This document shows, piece by piece, positions 59,018-64,000 of a DNA stretch of 64,000 bases. The stretch's first letter is position 1. Every line of letters starts with the position of its first letter. Under the pieces are notes generated by a model. It was given only the letters and a program-made list of their open reading frames with translations, was not told where the DNA came from and made no database searches. The translations under genes and the position numbers were made by a program. The DNA lies in NCBI GenBank assembly GCA_905178155.1, contig CAJINV010000014.1:2203923-2267922 (forward strand), given 5' to 3'. The stretch comes from Amoebophrya sp. A120. Its lineage: Eukaryota; Protista; Dinoflagellata.

Positions 59018-60269
59018 CTTGTTTCTTTGATGCTATAGATGTAGTAGCGTAGTCTTCCTCCTAGTTGTAGGTGGACTTTTTGTCGACCTTTAGCGTTACA
59101 GAAAATTCAGCAGGTGCTGTCAAGTATGTTTCTGATCCTTCATGCTAGTGCTACTCACCGAAGATAAACAACGTCACCTGGTGCTGGGTGAAGGGAGAAA
59201 GAGAACAATCAGAACGAAGCTAGCTATGCATTTAGGACTAGCAATTCTACGTTTACTCGTCGTGAACGATTGATCGAGCAAGGCAAGAAATGTCGTTAGA
59301 AACCTTGAGCAGGTGCAGTATCCCCCTCCATTTAAATTTTTTTGTGTCTTAGTAGTTTTGGACCTCTCGTCTGCTCTACGAGCGTTTTTATAGGCAGGGC
59401 TTCGGAATTTCATTTCAAGGGAGAACATTTTCTATCCGGAACTAGGCGATCACCATCATTTTCGAATTTATTTTCACAAACGGACCATAGAGCGGCAGTG
59501 AACCCGAGCTCTCTTTCATATTTCTTCAGATCCTGCAAAGAATATGATCCAGCCCCCTCTTATTTTCTTCGCTTCATCATTTGTGATCCTGAACCTGAAG
59601 ACCAAGCAGTAGCACAAGCCTACTGCCATGCATGCTGCACATCTTGATCATGATCCCTTCGTTCCTGTCGATGTAGTCACAGTCTTCTTCAGCACAAACA
59701 CCGCTATCGATCCGCAAGCACACAAATTGCTTCTTATTGAATCAAAAGCAGCGAGATATGCTTGCTGAAAGACCACATGGGCCTGCAACAACTTCCTCAT
59801 CTATCTTCAGGAGCGCCATGCAGCTGTACGCGACCTCCTCAGTCTCAAAACTGTTACACACGTGTTCGTCCAAAAGAAAACAACATATAGACGGCTTGTC
59901 CATGCGCTTGCAGTTGTGCCTCTTTATATAGCTTGAACCTCTCTACTTACTGAATTAGAATTGCTCATCAATCGCTGGGTGGTATAACGTCTACTACTGA
60001 GTGGTCTTCAAAAATCCAGTCCTGCTTGCTTCCAGAACTTGAACTACATAGAAACTGCTACTCATACTCAGTTCCTTCCTGGGAGTGTATCTTATCTTTT
60101 TCGAATTTTGTGAGTTAGCTGCCTGCGATTTTATTTGGGAATGTATCTCTATCAATGCATATGAGCGTGTCGCTCATTTACTTCATCGAATTAGCAGGGA
60201 AAAACAAATGATTGAATGTGAGTCGTACACAAAAAACTCAGTGGATATCAGAAATGCGCGATGAAGTGA

Positions 60270-63200
60270 CTAGCGATCGTTCTTTCGTGTTCTCAATACC
60301 ACAAGCGGATTGGTGTTTTTTTCTTCATCCACCGGTGCTTTTTCCGGAGAAGGACCCGAGTCATCATCTCCCGCAAGTTGGTCATCGCTTCTCGTTTGTT
60401 TTTCTGCCGCCTGCCAGAATCCCATGCCACCAGCGCACGCGGGTTCCGCTCCTCCAGGGCCAGTGGGCTCTTCCAGGCACCGGGCCAGTGTCTGCGCTAA
60501 GGTGCTGAACTGCGACTGACCGCCGGCGACAAAGCCCGTGGCCCCGACCACCATATTGTAGAGATCGTTGTCGGCCGAACGCTGTTGCAGGTCCTGGCGA
60601 TGGAGGTACTGGCGGTGCTCTTTCTGCTCCTCCAGCGGGAACAACCGGTGCTCTTCTGATATAACCGCTGCACCACTTTCGGGATGACGCGGTAAAAATG
60701 CGCGCGGTGCGGCGCCTGCTTCATGCAGCTCCTGCTGGTTTGACGTGGATGAATTTGCACAGGTGGAAGCCGCGCCGTGAGTCGAGTGTAGTGTGGCTGC
60801 GACCCCAGCAGCACCAGCAGGATCCCTGGTGTGGCTCGGTCTACCTGTAATTTCAGACTGCTCTTCTACCGCGTCGGCAAACAGCGGCGCTACATAGCGC
60901 ACGCTCGGCAATTTCCGCTCCAACAGTTCCCGCACCAACTTCAAATAGTGCATGCTTTTCGGGTTCTTCCGGCTCGCCTCCCGATATGCTGCGACCTCTT
61001 CTGCCGTCTTGAGGGAATCTGCATCCTGTACAGTTGCGCCTCCGGCGACGCCGGGCTTCATCATCCACGAGCGCCGGTGATTCGGGTTCGACACAATCAG
61101 CAGCTTGTCGGCGGAGCTCTTAAGCTGCGCATAGTCCAGGGCCTCCCAGGCATCCCGTGGCGGCACGTAATACGGCCGGTAGCCGGGTTCCGAGGACAAA
61201 TACGGCGTCCATGTTTTCCAGAACTCGGACACTTTTGCTCGTTCATCATCCAATACGTCGCCGGAGCGCACGTGCGCAACCACGATGCCCTGACCGGTGA
61301 ATCGCAAGAGTTCCTTGCGCTCGCGCAACATGCGTTTCGCAACGCACAGCTGGGAGCGCCAGACGGGGCTGTGGAGGTCATCGGTTGTAGCTGTACCATC
61401 ATCAGAGACGTAAACACCTTGAGCTGCAAGTTCATCATCTCGCAGATCGTTTGGAGCGACAAAACCCGTGCTAGTCGACACCGCGACGCGGTCAACAACC
61501 CAACCTCCCCCCACAAGGGCCCGGCGGATCCCGTGCCAGAGTGCGCAGTTTAGCGCTGTTCTGTAGTCGCGCCATACTTTCTGACTGTTCCGTAGAATAC
61601 ACGCGGCGATGCTGGTCGGGTAGGCCTGGCGATAGTACGCTTCCGCGCCCCAACTCTCCATACGCATCGTGGTTTCCACCATCTCGCCGAGGCGGTAGGC
61701 CCGGATTTCGTTGATGATGCTATGCCAGCCCTTATCTGCGAACACACGGATCGCGAACCACAGAAAACTTCGCTTCCCAGCCTGATCTTCTGCTGGTAAT
61801 GTTCTTGATGTTGACGGGTTATTCATCTTCTCTTCGTCCAGCGGCCCCAAGGCCGCAGAGAGTGCAGCTTCTTCATTGGAAGAGTTCTCGATACTCCGCT
61901 TTACTGCCGCGGCCGGAACTTGTTGCAAAGCTTTCATCGCGGACATGACGTCTGCAGTGGTGGGGGTGGGCTTTTCTCGCGGACAGATTCCGTGCCACCA
62001 GGTAAAGCCAAACGGACCGACCGGCTCCCAAGCGCTGTCGGGCATGTAGAAGTCACCATCATCAATCTGATCTCCTTGTTCACCAGCAGCGGAAGGCGCC
62101 ACAACAGCCGCTTCTGCGCAGGCGTCCTCGTGCTTGCGCATACGCGCGGCGAGCCATGCGTGCTCCTCGGCGGGGGGCCGGCAGGCGGGAAGCCGTGTCA
62201 ACTTCTCGTATTTATCTTCGGCCGACGTCAAGGAGGATCGTTCGCAAAGCTGCCGACGGAGGGCGGGGGGGTGCGTTCCAAATTGTTCCCCAGCACTTCG
62301 TGGCGAACTGGATTCCTCGATCCGAAACACTCTGTTGGCGCTTTTGCTTTTCGTATTGCTCCGCCACCATGGTCCGCGCCCGCTGTTCCTGGATCTGGAT
62401 GTGCTTCTGCTGCTGCGGCTTCTCTTTTGCGACGAGAGGCTGCGTGTGCGTTTGTGCTTCGTCGATTTTTTGACAAAGAGGTCATCCACTCCGCCCGCTT
62501 TTCGGAGACTTCTACCCGCACTGGCGCTCCGACTCCGACCTCCTCCCGCGGCCAGCGCGGGCCAATCGTTGTGCCGAATGCCGGGGTAGGGATGCGCGAC
62601 GTCGAGGTCGTAGTAGGGAAACGGAGCTGCAGATCCAGTCGGGGAAATTTCCAGGCCCCGTAACTCAATCGTGAACCGGGACAGATCGCTATCAGAGAAG
62701 GAGGCAGCTGAAGATGTTGATGTTCGATGGTGAGTTTCCGCATGATAACTCTCGCTCCCACGACCTCCCAACTGCGTGACTACCACCTCGGAGTATCGAG
62801 CAAGCCAGAAAACCTCGGCGAGCTTGCGCGACTGAAGCTGCTGCGTGTCGGGCAACAATGACGCTGTTGAGATCTTCGGCCTCGACGCGAGTACCTCACT
62901 CGCGGTTAGAATTTGAAGAGGGGGCACACTTCCAGCGAGAGTTGCAATTTCGCGGATCAGACGCTCTTTTAGTCTCGATTCAACTGCAGAGCCCAGGTGG
63001 TTGTTGAATATGAGAAAAACGCTGTTGCACCGATACTTTTCCGCTTGCGCACTCACCACAGAAGCGGCTCGCTTCCAAAAGTCTGTCGCCCGGTCAGTTT
63101 CATCTTCAAGCGGGGACGAGGTTGCAGCACCGGATAAAGAAGACGAGGACAGCATCGGACTACGACTAAAATCATCCAACTGCAAGCCGATAACTCGAGG

Positions 63201-63989
63201 GCCCCGACGCGATGCTTGGCGAAGGCCCTGCTCGTCCTCGCCAACAGTAAGTCCCGTTGCTGGAGGTGCCATGGACGCGCTCAATTCTTCCACTATCGCC
63301 GCTTGCAAATTTTGAATTTCCGTCTCCAGCAGCAGGTTCGGGACAAAAATGCTCTGGATGACTTCGCTGTAGAAGGCAAAAAACGAAGTATGCTTGGACG
63401 TGGTCAGCGTTGTGCTTTCAACATCGCAGATTTTCGAAATAAACGAGCTGCGAATCGGACGCACGAAGAAGGCCTCAAACTCCGCAAGGAAAAGCCCGGT
63501 TTTCCGAAACGCCGTCTCCAAGCGGTCCGTGGAAGTCGTCGTGGAAAAATCATGTTGATGTTGGCCCTGCTTCATCCGAGAAGTGTGCGCCAGCCTACGT
63601 ATTTGACCCCGGCAACTGTTCTGGACCGCGAGCGCCATTTGATGCAGCTTCAACCCGAGTGGCTGTAAAAAAAGTTCGCTCCTAGACAAGGATCTCTGTT
63701 GTAGTGAACCGCGTCGTGCTCGTTCTCCAAACGGATTTTCGCTTCTCGTTCTCCTCGAGTTGGATGTCGTCGAGTCGGCTCCGTCATTTTTTCCACTTGC
63801 ACGAGCTGTCTCATGTTGATCAACATCCAGCACCGTGTGCTCGTCGTCTTTGCTCCTGTGTCTTACCAAGTATGGCTGTAGTCCTTGCTTGATTTTGAAG
63901 TCCGGATCGTTAATCGCCTGGCCGTAGTACCCGGAAAAGTTGTGTTCTGCGATGGAAACCTCGGGGTCTAGTTCTTCCCACGCAAGCAT
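60270..63989 (-). CDS. Large protein with a possible fucosyltransferase-like (HxRxGD) domain; may start beyond the window
   Basis: 1239-aa ORF whose frame stays open to the window edge. VVAHVRSGDV and ADNDLYNMVVGATGFVAGGQSQFSTLA resemble GDP-fucose-binding motifs of GT11/GT23-type enzymes; the function is an inference. Confidence 0.6.
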   Translation of the reverse strand: MLAWEELDPEVSIAEHNFSGYYGQAINDPDFKIKQGLQPYLVRHRSKDDEHTVLDVDQHETARASGKNDGADSTTSNSRRTRSENPFGERARRGSLQQRSLSRSELFLQPLGLKLHQMALAVQNSCRGQIRRLAHTSRMKQGQHQHDFSTTTSTDRLETAFRKTGLFLAEFEAFFVRPIRSSFISKICDVESTTLTTSKHTSFFAFYSEVIQSIFVPNLLLETEIQNLQAAIVEELSASMAPPATGLTVGEDEQGLRQASRRGPRVIGLQLDDFSRSPMLSSSSLSGAATSSPLEDETDRATDFWKRAASVVSAQAEKYRCNSVFLIFNNHLGSAVESRLKERLIREIATLAGSVPPLQILTASEVLASRPKISTASLLPDTQQLQSRKLAEVFWLARYSEVVVTQLGGRGSESYHAETHHRTSTSSAASFSDSDLSRFTIELRGLEISPTGSAAPFPYYDLDVAHPYPGIRHNDWPALAAGGGRSRSASAGRSLRKAGGVDDLFVKKSTKHKRTRSLSSQKRSRSSRSTSRSRNSGRGPWWRSNTKSKSANRVFRIEESSSPRSAGEQFGTHPPALRRQLCERSSLTSAEDKYEKLTRLPACRPPAEEHAWLAARMRKHEDACAEAAVVAPSAAGEQGDQIDDGDFYMPDSAWEPVGPFGFTWWHGICPREKPTPTTADVMSAMKALQQVPAAAVKRSIENSSNEEAALSAALGPLDEEKMNNPSTSRTLPAEDQAGKRSFLWFAIRVFADKGWHSIINEIRAYRLGEMVETTMRMESWGAEAYYRQAYPTSIAACILRNSQKVWRDYRTALNCALWHGIRRALVGGGWVVDRVAVSTSTGFVAPNDLRDDELAAQGVYVSDDGTATTDDLHSPVWRSQLCVAKRMLRERKELLRFTGQGIVVAHVRSGDVLDDERAKVSEFWKTWTPYLSSEPGYRPYYVPPRDAWEALDYAQLKSSADKLLIVSNPNHRRSWMMKPGVAGGATVQDADSLKTAEEVAAYREASRKNPKSMHYLKLVRELLERKLPSVRYVAPLFADAVEEQSEITGRPSHTRDPAGAAGVAATLHSTHGAASTCANSSTSNQQELHEAGAAPRAFLPRHPESGAAVISEEHRLFPLEEQKEHRQYLHRQDLQQRSADNDLYNMVVGATGFVAGGQSQFSTLAQTLARCLEEPTGPGGAEPACAGGMGFWQAAEKQTRSDDQLAGDDDSGPSPEKAPVDEEKNTNPLVVLRTRKNDR

Positions 63990-64000
63990 CCGGCGGGACA

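Overview
Eukaryotic genomic DNA, most likely the parasitic dinoflagellate Amoebophrya (Syndiniales). This is an inference from long low-complexity genes, all resident genes lying on the minus strand, and many non-canonical introns with TAT...ATA inverted ends. Resident genes: class 3 lipase, RimL-like GNAT acetyltransferase, FLZ (DUF581) zinc-finger protein, a probable single-pass membrane protein, an acidic secreted protein, DDX51/Dbp6 helicase, a possible fucosyltransferase-like protein and several large unknowns. The main result is a 12.8-kb DNA transposon (15718-28508) with ~265-bp imperfect TIRs and a perfect 5-bp TSD (AATGA). It encodes a divergent multi-exon hAT-like transposase and two unknown genes. 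Its ends (TAT-N7-AAA...TTT-N7-ATA, 5-bp TSD) match ten small 120-329-bp elements in the window. Each of these interrupts a reading frame, and removing it with 5 flanking nt restores the frame. Two of these introner families occur in both orientations, and three introners lie inside the transposase gene. The window therefore appears to hold an autonomous intron-generating transposon together with introners of the same end type. Also present: a TTA-TSD fold-back MITE and a TAG...CTA/TTAA element filled with minisatellites. All alignments and exon boundaries were read by eye; no searches were run.
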